DNA from: Candidatus Moraniibacteriota bacterium
GTDB taxonomy: Bacteria; Patescibacteriota; Minisyncoccia; Moranbacterales; UBA1568
Assembly: GCA_016699875.1 (NCBI GenBank)
Contig: CP064989.1
Location: 584,788 to 648,787 of the forward strand
Direction of reading: 5' to 3'
DNA length: 64,000 nt
Below, piece after piece: positions 28,582 to 38,023 of the stretch. The notes below the pieces were generated by a model, which had not been told where the DNA came from, ran no database searches, and was given only the letters and a program-made list of their open reading frames with translations. Position numbers and translations under genes: made by a program. Every line of letters starts with the position of its first letter. Positions within the stretch are counted from its first letter, which is position 1.

Positions 28582-30141
28582 ATGAAGCAAGAAGAACTCT
28601 GGAAAACCGTTTTGGGGGAGTTGGAATTGTCTGTTTCAAAAGCAAATTTCGAGACATGGCTTTTGAATACCGAACTTGTTTCCCTGGAAAACGGCATAGC
28701 GCGCATCGCTGTCGGAAGTCCGTTTACCAAGGAATGGCTGGAAAATCGATACAATCACATTATTCTGCAGGCGCTTCAGAAACAAGATGCTTCCGTTCGA
28801 GAAATTTCCTGTTTTATTCGTACGGCATCCGACGGAGTAAATGCCAAACCATCGGTTGCCGCACCTGTGCGCGTAAGTGATCATGCTCCGTTGACACCAA
28901 AGTCAGATGACCATGCGGCGCTTGCGCGGTATGTGGATACTCTTGAAAAGCCGTGGGAAAGCGCTTCTCAGCGCCAGTCTTCTGAAGTAAAGAAAATTGA
29001 CATTGTTGCGAAAGAAGAGACGGCGTCAAACTTGCCTCCCGGCATACTGCCGGTCCGTCCGACAATCAGTCAGGACGCGCCAATCCAGACAGCTCCCTCC
29101 TTGCCTCGTCGACCGGTTGCGTCCAATCTCAATCCTCGATATACATTTGAGAATTTCATTATCGGTGAAAACAATGAGCTCGCGCGGGCAGCGTCGTTTG
29201 CGGTATCTCAAAGTCCGGGCACGCTCTATAACCCGCTTTTCATATATGGCGTGGTAGGTGTGGGGAAGACACATCTTTTGCAGTCGATCGGCAATGAAGC
29301 GCGGAAGAATAATCCGGACTTGGTAGTGCGCTATACCACGTCTGAGCAATTTACCAATGAACTGATCAATCATTTGAAAAATCAGACCATGGAGGACTTC
29401 AAACAGTCGTATCGGGAAATTGACATACTGCTTATCGACGATGTGCAATTTCTCTCCGGTCGCGAGAAAACCCAGCAGGAATTTTTTCATGTATTCAACA
29501 ATCTTCACCAGTTGAACAAGCAAGTGGTTATTACCAGTGATCGAACGCCACGGGCGATTCCAACGATAGAGGATCGGCTGAAGAGTCGTTTCGAAGGCGG
29601 CATGATTGCCGATGTGAGTCGTCCCGATCTCGAGACTCGCATGGCGATACTTCGTCTTAAGTTGCTCGAAAAAGGGACAAATCTCGAGGAAGATTGTATC
29701 CGGTTTATCGCGGAGAATATCACGAATAATGCGCGCGAGCTTGAGGGCGCTTTGAATCGCGTCTTGGTATCGGCGGAGTTTCAGAAAGTCCGTCCAACGC
29801 CCGCCTATGTCGCCAAGGTGCTCGGGCAGATTATTACTGCGCACAAGCAAGCGGTGACAATCGAAACCATCGCACGCGCAGCGGCCGAATTTTACAACGT
29901 CGCCGAAGAGGAGCTGTATAAGAAAGGTCGAAAGAAAGAGATTGCGCTCGCGAGACAAACGGCGATGTATCTTGCCCGCACCGAACTCGACGTCTCGCTC
30001 TCGGGCGTCGGCAAGCACTTTGGCGGACGCGACCACACGACCGTACTGCATGCCGTTGAGCGTATTCAAAAAGACATGGAAAAAGACGGGCGCTTCAAAG
30101 AAGACATCGTGAGTTTGCGCGAGCGATTGTATCGGGAGTGA
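28582..30141 (+). CDS. dnaA: Chromosomal replication initiator DnaA
   Basis: AAA+ 'GVVGVGKTHLLQSIGNE', 'ILLIDDVQFL', sensor 'VITSDRTP'; C-terminal DNA-binding 'ALARQTAMYLARTELDVSLSGVGKHFGGRDHTTVLHAV'. Confidence 0.92.
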   Translation: MKQEELWKTVLGELELSVSKANFETWLLNTELVSLENGIARIAVGSPFTKEWLENRYNHIILQALQKQDASVREISCFIRTASDGVNAKPSVAAPVRVSDHAPLTPKSDDHAALARYVDTLEKPWESASQRQSSEVKKIDIVAKEETASNLPPGILPVRPTISQDAPIQTAPSLPRRPVASNLNPRYTFENFIIGENNELARAASFAVSQSPGTLYNPLFIYGVVGVGKTHLLQSIGNEARKNNPDLVVRYTTSEQFTNELINHLKNQTMEDFKQSYREIDILLIDDVQFLSGREKTQQEFFHVFNNLHQLNKQVVITSDRTPRAIPTIEDRLKSRFEGGMIADVSRPDLETRMAILRLKLLEKGTNLEEDCIRFIAENITNNARELEGALNRVLVSAEFQKVRPTPAYVAKVLGQIITAHKQAVTIETIARAAAEFYNVAEEELYKKGRKKEIALARQTAMYLARTELDVSLSGVGKHFGGRDHTTVLHAVERIQKDMEKDGRFKEDIVSLRERLYRE

Positions 30142-30237
30142 GGAATGATAGGTGTTTCATTGTGCAATAATTTCGAAATTTTCAAATTCAAATATTTTTT
30201 ATCGCCTGAAATTTGAAGATTATTAAAGAACTCTTCT

Positions 30238-32151
30238 ATGAAAGTTGAGACGCAAAAAATCGCTGTATTGGGAAAGAATGCTCTGGTTATCGGGTCATTT
30301 TCGTTATCTGTATATTTTGTGATAGCGCTTTGGAATTTTTGGTCCACCTTCGTCGATGCGCTTGGATTCAATAGTACGGTATTTATTCTTGGATTTGTAC
30401 TCCTCTTCCTTGCCTCCTATAGAATAACCGATTGGAAAAAACACGCTCTCTGGATTGTTCCCGTAGTGCTCATTGCTTTGAGCTTTTCACTGTGGGAAAA
30501 CCCCTATCTGAAGATTGTGAGCATTCTCTTGTTGCCACTTATTATGAGTGTTGTGTTTGGCTATGCGCTTCTCCCCACAAAAACTATTGATATATGGTTT
30601 GTTCTTCTTTCGATAATAGGAAGAATGACACTCATTTTTAAGTTGAAAGCAGCTGTCTCTTTGGTGTGCGGCAGGTGGCGTTCGACCGAAGGGGAAAATA
30701 AGAAAATATTCTCACGAGTTGTTCTGGGTCTTCTTCTCTTTTCTATTCTCGCTCTTACTGTTTTCATTCCACTGTTGTCTTCAGTTGATCCGCAGTTTGC
30801 AGTGCTTATGCGGGGCGTTCTTGATTGGTTCTATCAGGTATTGTCTTTTCGATATATGGGTCGAATCGCTTTTGCCTCGATTGCCACAGTGCTCATTATA
30901 GGCTATTTCCTTTCTTTCGAGAGACGATCAGACGACATGAAGGGTCAGTCGTTGCCGCAGAAAACCGTTCTTGATCCGGTCATTTCGGGGATCGTCCTTG
31001 GGGGAGTGCTCATGATTTATGTTGTATTTATAGCTCTGCAACTCCCCTATCTTTGGGTGAATCAATTGCCGGTTGATTTCCAGTCAACCGAACAGTTGGT
31101 GAAGAGTGGTTTTTGGCAACTTCTGCTTCTTTCGGTTATAAACATCATTTTCTTTTTCGGATATTTTAAGAAAACCAATACAGGAGTTCAGAACATACTG
31201 AAAGCGTTTACGATTGCTTCATTTCTTCTCTTGATTTCGGCTGGGCACCGGATGTTTCTCTACATTCTCTTCTATGGTCTGAGTTATGAAAAATTTTTCG
31301 CCTCATATACAGTGATATACTGTGCTATTCTCTTTGCATGGTTGTCGTATAAACTGTTTCTTCGTCGCGGAGGCAATCTTGCGAAACATTTAATTTTCTC
31401 ATTGCTCTGGATGTATGGAATCGCCACGATAATGCCGGTGGAAAGAATCATCTTTTCTTTTAACGCGGAGATGTCGCGTCGAGCTGATTCTAGGATCAAG
31501 ATGAACGAACTCAGAATGCTTTCATACGATGTTCTCCCTTTAGTGGCGACATACCGTCGGGATGAGGGATGGCAAGGGGATTGGTGCTATTGGGCCGAGA
31601 GGGAAATGCGTACCGTAGCGAGAAAAAAGTGGTATGAAAAGAACTTAGCGAATTTTGCTGATATACGTGTTCCCGAGAGATGGAAAAAAACTGAGGGATG
31701 CACCACACTTCAAGAACAAACCATACCGTCCGAACCCGAACCAACGCTCCCAGAAGATACTCAAACACGATACAATGACACGGATTTTTCGTTCCAAGTG
31801 AAATATCCAAATAAGGAATGGAGAATCATACAACTCTTTGATTTTGAAAAGAATCAAAAGAGGGGTATACATCTCTATAAAGATGAAAAAACGGATGTTT
31901 CCATTCAGCCGATAGGAAATGCACGACTGACAATTGATCACTCCATAAAGCCACGTATCACACGCCTAAGTGATCATCTTACGGGGATAAAAACCGTTTG
32001 GGAGTCCTTGAACGGTAATGGAGTGATTGTTATCAAGCTGGATGCATATCCGGAATCTTGGAATAGTGAACATGCCATTGAAGCAAGATATACCAGGGAC
32101 ACTAAAAGAGCAGTGGAAGGTATTCTTGAGAGTCTGGTACTGAGCAAGTGA
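30238..32151 (+). CDS. Large polytopic membrane protein (about 10-12 TM) with C-terminal soluble domain, unknown function
   Basis: 637 aa; unusually located between dnaA and dnaN. Confidence 0.55.
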   Translation: MKVETQKIAVLGKNALVIGSFSLSVYFVIALWNFWSTFVDALGFNSTVFILGFVLLFLASYRITDWKKHALWIVPVVLIALSFSLWENPYLKIVSILLLPLIMSVVFGYALLPTKTIDIWFVLLSIIGRMTLIFKLKAAVSLVCGRWRSTEGENKKIFSRVVLGLLLFSILALTVFIPLLSSVDPQFAVLMRGVLDWFYQVLSFRYMGRIAFASIATVLIIGYFLSFERRSDDMKGQSLPQKTVLDPVISGIVLGGVLMIYVVFIALQLPYLWVNQLPVDFQSTEQLVKSGFWQLLLLSVINIIFFFGYFKKTNTGVQNILKAFTIASFLLLISAGHRMFLYILFYGLSYEKFFASYTVIYCAILFAWLSYKLFLRRGGNLAKHLIFSLLWMYGIATIMPVERIIFSFNAEMSRRADSRIKMNELRMLSYDVLPLVATYRRDEGWQGDWCYWAEREMRTVARKKWYEKNLANFADIRVPERWKKTEGCTTLQEQTIPSEPEPTLPEDTQTRYNDTDFSFQVKYPNKEWRIIQLFDFEKNQKRGIHLYKDEKTDVSIQPIGNARLTIDHSIKPRITRLSDHLTGIKTVWESLNGNGVIVIKLDAYPESWNSEHAIEARYTRDTKRAVEGILESLVLSK

Positions 32152-32274
32152 TAAAGGCGAATTGATCCAGAGCTGCTGTTGAAACAGGCCAAAGCGTGAG
32201 AGGAGCTCCACGCGATGCGCGCTCAAAAATCTCTTTGTTATATAGAACGCAGTACGTGTTATGTATTATACGAA

Positions 32275-33420
32275 ATGCCTATGAAAATCATGTGTACGCA
32301 GGAGAATTTGAAGCGGGCGATCGGGGCGGTGGAGCGCGCGGCGGGGAGACAGAGCGCGCTTCCGGTTTTGGCAAATGTGCTTCTTGAGACGGAATCGGGC
32401 CGTCTCAAGCTCTCGGCGACCAATCTCGAAATCGGCATCATAGCGCGCGTCGGCGCCAAGGTGGAAGAGGAGGGAAGTCTCACGGTGCCGGTCAAGGTGC
32501 TCTCGCAATTTGTTGGGAATCTCCCGGGGACGGAAGTGGCTACGCTCGAAGAAACCGCGCAGTCGCTATCCATTTCATGCGGCGGATACCGCGTGAAAAT
32601 CAAAGGCTTGCCAGCAACGGATTTTCCGATTATTCCCGCCAAGAAAAGTACGAAGTCAATAGAGCTTCCGGCACAGGCGTTTCGCACGGCCCTTTCCCGG
32701 CTCTTGCCGTGCGTTGCGACACAGGAGACGCGCCTGGAGCTTACCGGTGTGAATTTCTTGTTCTCTGAGAAAGAGCTGGCGCTTGCGGCGACAGACAGTT
32801 TTCGTCTCGCGGAAGAAATCGTGCCGATCGAGACATTTCTCGATGAAGACATGCTCTCGGAAATCGGCGCAATCGGATCGCTTATTCTCCCGGCGACCAC
32901 GCTTATGGAAGTGTCTCGCGCTATCAGTCCGACGCAGAAAACTCTTTCTATGACGCTCGATGAGAATCAGGTGTTCTTTGAAATGGAAGGTGTCGAAGTG
33001 ATCTCGCGCCTTATTCTCGGTAAGTTCCCGGATTACCGGCAGATTATGCCGCAAGAATTTTCATTTTCTGCGATTCTTGAGAAGGAAGTATTTCTGCGAT
33101 CACTCAAAATAGCCAGTGTATTTGCTGCCGGAGAAATTGCAATCGACCTGGCTGCTGATGAGGGCACGGTGCGTGTCGAAGCGGTTTCGAGCGGTGTTGG
33201 TGAACAACAAGCGGAAGTCCCAGCGAAGTTTCTTGCGGGCAATGGACAGCTTCGCGTTGTCTTTCCGCCAAAGTCGCTCCTTGACGGTGTCGGCTTTATG
33301 GAGACTCCCTCGATTGTTTTTCGCGGGAACACCTCCGGGACGCCGGTTGCGCTTGCTATGGTCGACAGCGATACGCCGCGATCGAGTTTTACCTATATTA
33401 TGATGCCGATACAGAAATAG
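32275..33420 (+). CDS. dnaN: DNA polymerase III beta sliding clamp
   Basis: 'MPMKIMCTQENLKRAIGAVERAAGRQSALPVLANVLLE...LKLSATNLEIGI' DnaN N-terminus. Three-domain length (about 380 aa). The track start at 32215 is probably an over-extension. Confidence 0.88.
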   Translation: MPMKIMCTQENLKRAIGAVERAAGRQSALPVLANVLLETESGRLKLSATNLEIGIIARVGAKVEEEGSLTVPVKVLSQFVGNLPGTEVATLEETAQSLSISCGGYRVKIKGLPATDFPIIPAKKSTKSIELPAQAFRTALSRLLPCVATQETRLELTGVNFLFSEKELALAATDSFRLAEEIVPIETFLDEDMLSEIGAIGSLILPATTLMEVSRAISPTQKTLSMTLDENQVFFEMEGVEVISRLILGKFPDYRQIMPQEFSFSAILEKEVFLRSLKIASVFAAGEIAIDLAADEGTVRVEAVSSGVGEQQAEVPAKFLAGNGQLRVVFPPKSLLDGVGFMETPSIVFRGNTSGTPVALAMVDSDTPRSSFTYIMMPIQK

Positions 33421-33423
33421 GGT

Positions 33424-33741
33424 ATGAAATCGCTTGCGAATTTCCTCGATTCGAAATACCGTCAGGATGCGGCGCCGCGCAAGAAGGCGTCGCGCGCAAT
33501 CGATGAGAAGACCGTGATCTTTTTGGCGCCAAAGAGTAGCGAGGAAGAATATGGCAATCGCGGCGTCGCATCGGTGGTGCCGCGCTCGTTCGACGGACGG
33601 AAAATCCTTTTGTCTTGCAAGAGCAGTCTCTGGGTGGAAGAAATGGGAGCATTTCGAAACGATTTTCTCCGGCGACTCACTGATCAGGGGGCGGATGTGG
33701 TGGTTGACATGAAGGCTTCGAATGAATACGGACGAGGATAG
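33424..33741 (+). CDS. DUF721-family protein (DciA-like candidate helicase loader)
   Basis: 105 aa immediately after dnaN; 'SFDGRKILLSCKSSLWVEEMGAFRNDFLRRL' fits the DUF721 pattern (G.L.v.v.s..w..el......i...l). Confidence 0.45.
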   Translation: MKSLANFLDSKYRQDAAPRKKASRAIDEKTVIFLAPKSSEEEYGNRGVASVVPRSFDGRKILLSCKSSLWVEEMGAFRNDFLRRLTDQGADVVVDMKASNEYGRG

Positions 33742-33872
33742 ACATCGGCTTTTGGCGAAGAATCTTGCCAATGAAAACAACTTGCAGATATGACAAAACA
33801 GGCATAGAAAAGCCTCATTTTTCCGTATGCAAGGCTGTTCTTGAGATGAAGACCGATAAGTATCAATGAGCA

Positions 33873-33901
33873 TTGACAAATACTAGTGTCTATGCTACAC
33901 T
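33873..33901 (+). promoter_or_regulatory. Sigma70-like promoter (TTGACA, 17 bp, TACACT)
   Basis: TTGACA at 33873-33878; TACACT at 33896-33901. Confidence 0.45.
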
Positions 33902-34038
33902 CGAGCGTTGACAAATGAGAGAGGATATGTACGTGCCAGTGCTCTTTCCGACGGTATTTCTTGGCGGAACGGCGGTTCCGGAGTGATCTTCGGGATTGCC
34001 GTCCCACCCGGAAATATTTCATTTTTCAGTACTCGAAA

Positions 34039-34067
34039 ACAGAGGCTCGAAGGCCTCTGTTTTTTTG
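34039..34067 (+). terminator. Strong Rho-independent terminator (or attenuator) about 130 nt downstream of the promoter and 75 nt upstream of the giant gene
   Basis: Perfect 8-bp stem 'acagaggc'/'gcctctgt', 6-nt loop 'tcgaag', then TTTTTTT. Confidence 0.65.
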
Positions 34068-34142
34068 TCTCTCTTGTGCTGGGCTGCTTTCAGATCTCCA
34101 TCATATCTCGGCATACCCCGAATGTCCTACGGAGGTGATACA

Positions 34143-37100
34143 ATGGAAATAAAAGATATGGAGAGTTTCGAGCTGCCAAAATACGAATCCGAGAGAATTA
34201 ATTCAAATCCCTCTAACCAAAGGGATGTTGATAGAGATTCTCCATTTGAAATGTCTTCTGATGAGGAAGAAAAGGAGATTGATGATGCGATTGTGTCCTA
34301 TGGACAGGAGCAGGAATCAAACAATAGGCAGGAAAATTACAAAATATGGAACACGGTTTTTCTGTCGGATCCTGAAGAACTCTTTTCCGAATCAGGCTTG
34401 AAAAGACTTGAAGAATATCCTTTAGGGAAGCGCTTGGGAATTATTCGATTTGCTGCGACAGATCTGCGAACTAAGCCATCAATGTGTACAAGGTATTTTT
34501 CTCGATTTCCTTTGGATCTCAATGTTATTAAGTATGAATTTTTTGATGACAGTCACCTCCAATCTTCTGAAATGTGGTCTTTGTTTACGCTTCTTGCAAA
34601 GCAAAACACATCGTCACGACAAGAAGACATGTATGGTGATTCTTTGGAGCAAGCTCGAAAAATAGCTGAACGCAGGGAGCTTGTTGACCAAGTTCTTATG
34701 CGTGAAGGCTATGAATATTCAGAGGAAGCAAAGGCGGGCTTTGGAGGAGCTATTGAGGGCTATCATCGAGCACTTTCTGATGCGCGTGACATTTCGGCGA
34801 GAAGTGACCGATATATGGATACGGCTGTCTTATTTAATGATGCGTATGTGAAATTGCCGGAGTTGAAACAAATTGATTTTCTTCGTTTTTGTCTTGCTAA
34901 ATTTCACAATGATCTGGTTTTCGAAGAGGTGTTTAATTCTGATTTTACCAAGGAAAGCGTTCAACGAGACAAATCTCGATATTTGAATATCATGAAGAGT
35001 GCAAGGTATCTGCCTCCTGGTCAGATTAGAAATGAAGCTCACTCGATGATTTTTAAAACGTATCAACCAGCAGGAGCATACAACATATCTCAAGGTGATT
35101 TTGAATACGAAATGAACACAACGGTGCTAGGGGGCGGATCATTGGAAGAATACCCTTTTCACAAATTGATTCTAGCGGTTCTTGAGAGAATAAAAGATAT
35201 AAGAGGAAATGCTGACCAGCTTGTTGACCTCGTGGTGAGCTTTTGGGAAAAAAGCAGAAACCCGATGTTTGCCAATAAAGTTGCCGAGGTGCTCTCTCAG
35301 CAGAATCCGACGCTTGCGGTGTCGCGTCTTCTTGGCGTACTTCGATCGAACGTGACAGAAAATAAGAATGCTATTGCTGCGATACTGTATCGTCTCGAAT
35401 TTGGGAATATAGGAATATCGGAAGAAGGAGTGCGGTATCTTGAACGAATATATGATTTGGGTGAACTAAACAACCCTGAGTATTTTGTTCGTCGTCTTAC
35501 GCCAAATGGAGATGTGGGCATTTTTGATGAATCGAGAAACCTGAAAAACTATTTCAATATCGGAGACATCGGTAGAGATGCATCCGAGCGCACTGCAGTT
35601 GTGAGACCCGTGGTGCACGAATTTGTATATGAAACTCTGTTTCATGGGCGTGAGAATGAATCTGAGAAAGAGCGCGAACAAAGGGAAAAATATCTTAAGG
35701 AGTTTCAGGAAAACTATTTCGGATTTTATGACGAGTTTTTTTATGAAAGAACGGGTCTGTATTTCAACAACCTTTCATTTTTTGAGCAAGGGCAATTTCT
35801 CATCTACTACAAGCATTCCTCGAAGGAAAAAAAGGAGCACCTTCTTGATTTCCTGCGTAAGTATGGTGAAAACGGCTTTCATGCGTTTCTCTCTCTTGAG
35901 CGGGGTGAAGCAGAAATGGGGGAAGCGATACTTTCCATTGGTGAGAAATTGCCAAAAGAAGCGGCGGATGCGGTATTTGCGAGGTATGCGGAGCTGGTTG
36001 ATGTTTCTCGAGAAGAGGCAAGAAGAATATTTGCTATATACAAAGATACATTTTCTTCCGAGTCTCTGACGGAAGAGCGAATAGTGGGCGCGCTGATTGC
36101 GGAAGCGAACACACTTCTGCGGGATATTGGAGAGGCAATTGATGGGTCAGATAATGCTGTTTCAACTCCTGATCTAGTGGCGCAGTTTTCGGAATCAATA
36201 AGAAGAAATAAAGAAGCTCGAGGTCATTTGCTTGAAGAATTTTTTGGTATTTCCGAATCTCTCGATGCTCTTCTGGATGAATTGAAAGTACTCTATGTTG
36301 AGAGCTCGAATCGATTCGATGATGTTAAGTCAATGGGAGATTTTCTGGCTATGAAAAGTAGCTTTGATTTGGCATGGGGACAAGAAGCTCTTCCTGAAAA
36401 TAAAGACGCAGGATTAATTCGCACGAATCTCAGTGGGAATAACTTGATACAAGAGTTCATAACTCTTGTTGAGAGAGAGTATTCATGGGCGGAAAATCTC
36501 AGAGGGGAAGGAAGTCGGACTGACGTTGATGAAGAAACACTTAAGAAGTACCTGAAAATGGCGGAATATCAAGCAAGGCGTTTCCAACCGATTACCAAGA
36601 AACTTACTGAGATACTCAAACAGCGAAAGCGGATGGAGACTGCTTTTGAGGCAGTGCTCTATGGGCGCGAGCTGGCGGCTTTGCCGAAAGAGTTTTTTGC
36701 GGGTTTCGGAAAAGCTGTCGATCGTATCCGACCAGAGCTTCCTTCATCCGAACGAGCACCGTATTTCCCGGTAGGTATTTCGAAAGAACTTCCAAAATGG
36801 GAAAGGGTATTGGCGGGAGGGGGAAAAAGTGCGAAGCCGATCGATCTCTATAATTTTCTCTTTTGGCTTAACAATCAGGGCCGAGAGATTTCTCTTCCCG
36901 TATGCGATGAGACGCAGGCGCTGAATTACGAGGTGCTTTATGGAAAAACACACGAAGAAGCTTTGGAGAGTGCGCGGGCTATCGGGAAGGTGGAACGCGA
37001 ACAGTATGAACGAATTGTTCAAACGTTTGGCTTGAGTAACATTCGCATCGTTTCCTCCAAAGAATTTTTCAAAGATACGGAGAAGAAGAATGAGAAGTTT

Positions 37101-37985
37101 GAGAAATATCTGACACTGCTTGAAAAGTTGAGCGAAACACCGGTATGGCGCTCGGCGTTCCTGGGAATGGTTGGTGAATCAGTTGCAAAAAAATCAGAAA
37201 ATGCAAATGAATCCGGAAAGATGAGAGAAGCCGTCTTGCCCTATGCTCTTGAAGAGCTTGCTCTGATTCTTTCTACGGATGGTTTGAAGCTGAGTCATCC
37301 AAATGAAGCGCGGTATGATATGATTGCGGCGGTTTTGGAAAATATGGAGGCGTATGCAACCAAGCAAGGTATTGACTTCTTTGATGTGAATGAGCATGAG
37401 AAGCTCGATCCGGTTCTGAGGGATATCCTTGAGGCGCTGGCAAATCGCATCAATACGCCGCGGGAAGAAGAGCGAAGTATGCCCGGGCAGGCATATATGG
37501 GCGCGGCAAGGAAATCGCTCCTGTCTATTCAGAAACCGACTGTTCAGGGAGTTTTGACAAAATCGGAAAAGAAAAACATCGCCTTTAATTTTTTCCCCAT
37601 GCCGGCAGATTCCCGGAGTTTCGGATGGCGGAGCGCTGGGAAAAAGGGCGAGGAAGAGCGGCTGGTATTCAAGGAGCCGTACAGTACTTATTTCCCTTCG
37701 AGTGAAGCGGATATCCTCCTCGAGGATCAAGTGGTAGCCCTGCCGCAAGGGGTGCTCTCGGGAAAGATTCTGACGCTTTCGTCAGAAAAACAACGAGAAT
37801 ATGCGGAGAATATTCTGAAGCCACTTCTCCTTCACTATTTCAAATCACTTGAATCCGCGCCGCAAGAATATTTTCAATCTCTTGGTGAAACGCGCGCATC
37901 ACTTCTCATGCGTTGCCAAAAATCAGAGACGCTTAGCGATGTTTTGCGATTCATCCAGAAATATATCGTTGCACCATCAGTGTAG
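34143..37985 (+). CDS. Giant (1280-aa) highly charged, predicted alpha-helical hypothetical protein
   Basis: Strong SD 'GGAGGTGA' 6 nt before ATG 34143. The track start at 33996 would read through the terminator. No TM, no recognisable catalytic motif, and low GC (about 40%). Confidence 0.6.
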   Translation: MEIKDMESFELPKYESERINSNPSNQRDVDRDSPFEMSSDEEEKEIDDAIVSYGQEQESNNRQENYKIWNTVFLSDPEELFSESGLKRLEEYPLGKRLGIIRFAATDLRTKPSMCTRYFSRFPLDLNVIKYEFFDDSHLQSSEMWSLFTLLAKQNTSSRQEDMYGDSLEQARKIAERRELVDQVLMREGYEYSEEAKAGFGGAIEGYHRALSDARDISARSDRYMDTAVLFNDAYVKLPELKQIDFLRFCLAKFHNDLVFEEVFNSDFTKESVQRDKSRYLNIMKSARYLPPGQIRNEAHSMIFKTYQPAGAYNISQGDFEYEMNTTVLGGGSLEEYPFHKLILAVLERIKDIRGNADQLVDLVVSFWEKSRNPMFANKVAEVLSQQNPTLAVSRLLGVLRSNVTENKNAIAAILYRLEFGNIGISEEGVRYLERIYDLGELNNPEYFVRRLTPNGDVGIFDESRNLKNYFNIGDIGRDASERTAVVRPVVHEFVYETLFHGRENESEKEREQREKYLKEFQENYFGFYDEFFYERTGLYFNNLSFFEQGQFLIYYKHSSKEKKEHLLDFLRKYGENGFHAFLSLERGEAEMGEAILSIGEKLPKEAADAVFARYAELVDVSREEARRIFAIYKDTFSSESLTEERIVGALIAEANTLLRDIGEAIDGSDNAVSTPDLVAQFSESIRRNKEARGHLLEEFFGISESLDALLDELKVLYVESSNRFDDVKSMGDFLAMKSSFDLAWGQEALPENKDAGLIRTNLSGNNLIQEFITLVEREYSWAENLRGEGSRTDVDEETLKKYLKMAEYQARRFQPITKKLTEILKQRKRMETAFEAVLYGRELAALPKEFFAGFGKAVDRIRPELPSSERAPYFPVGISKELPKWERVLAGGGKSAKPIDLYNFLFWLNNQGREISLPVCDETQALNYEVLYGKTHEEALESARAIGKVEREQYERIVQTFGLSNIRIVSSKEFFKDTEKKNEKFEKYLTLLEKLSETPVWRSAFLGMVGESVAKKSENANESGKMREAVLPYALEELALILSTDGLKLSHPNEARYDMIAAVLENMEAYATKQGIDFFDVNEHEKLDPVLRDILEALANRINTPREEERSMPGQAYMGAARKSLLSIQKPTVQGVLTKSEKKNIAFNFFPMPADSRSFGWRSAGKKGEEERLVFKEPYSTYFPSSEADILLEDQVVALPQGVLSGKILTLSSEKQREYAENILKPLLLHYFKSLESAPQEYFQSLGETRASLLMRCQKSETLSDVLRFIQKYIVAPSV

Positions 37986-38023
37986 AAGCGGGGGCTGTCC
38001 ATGTTTGTCTTGCACGTGTGCTG

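Noticed and set aside
29026-30069. 347-aa minus-strand ORF
   Set aside because: Lies entirely antisense to dnaA.
33100-33879. 259-aa minus-strand ORF
   Set aside because: Antisense to dnaN and the DciA-like gene; Arg-rich low-complexity translation.
33996-34142. Track start of the giant ORF at 33996
   Set aside because: That N-terminal extension would be translated through a perfect intrinsic terminator hairpin. A strong ribosome-binding site precedes ATG 34143 instead.
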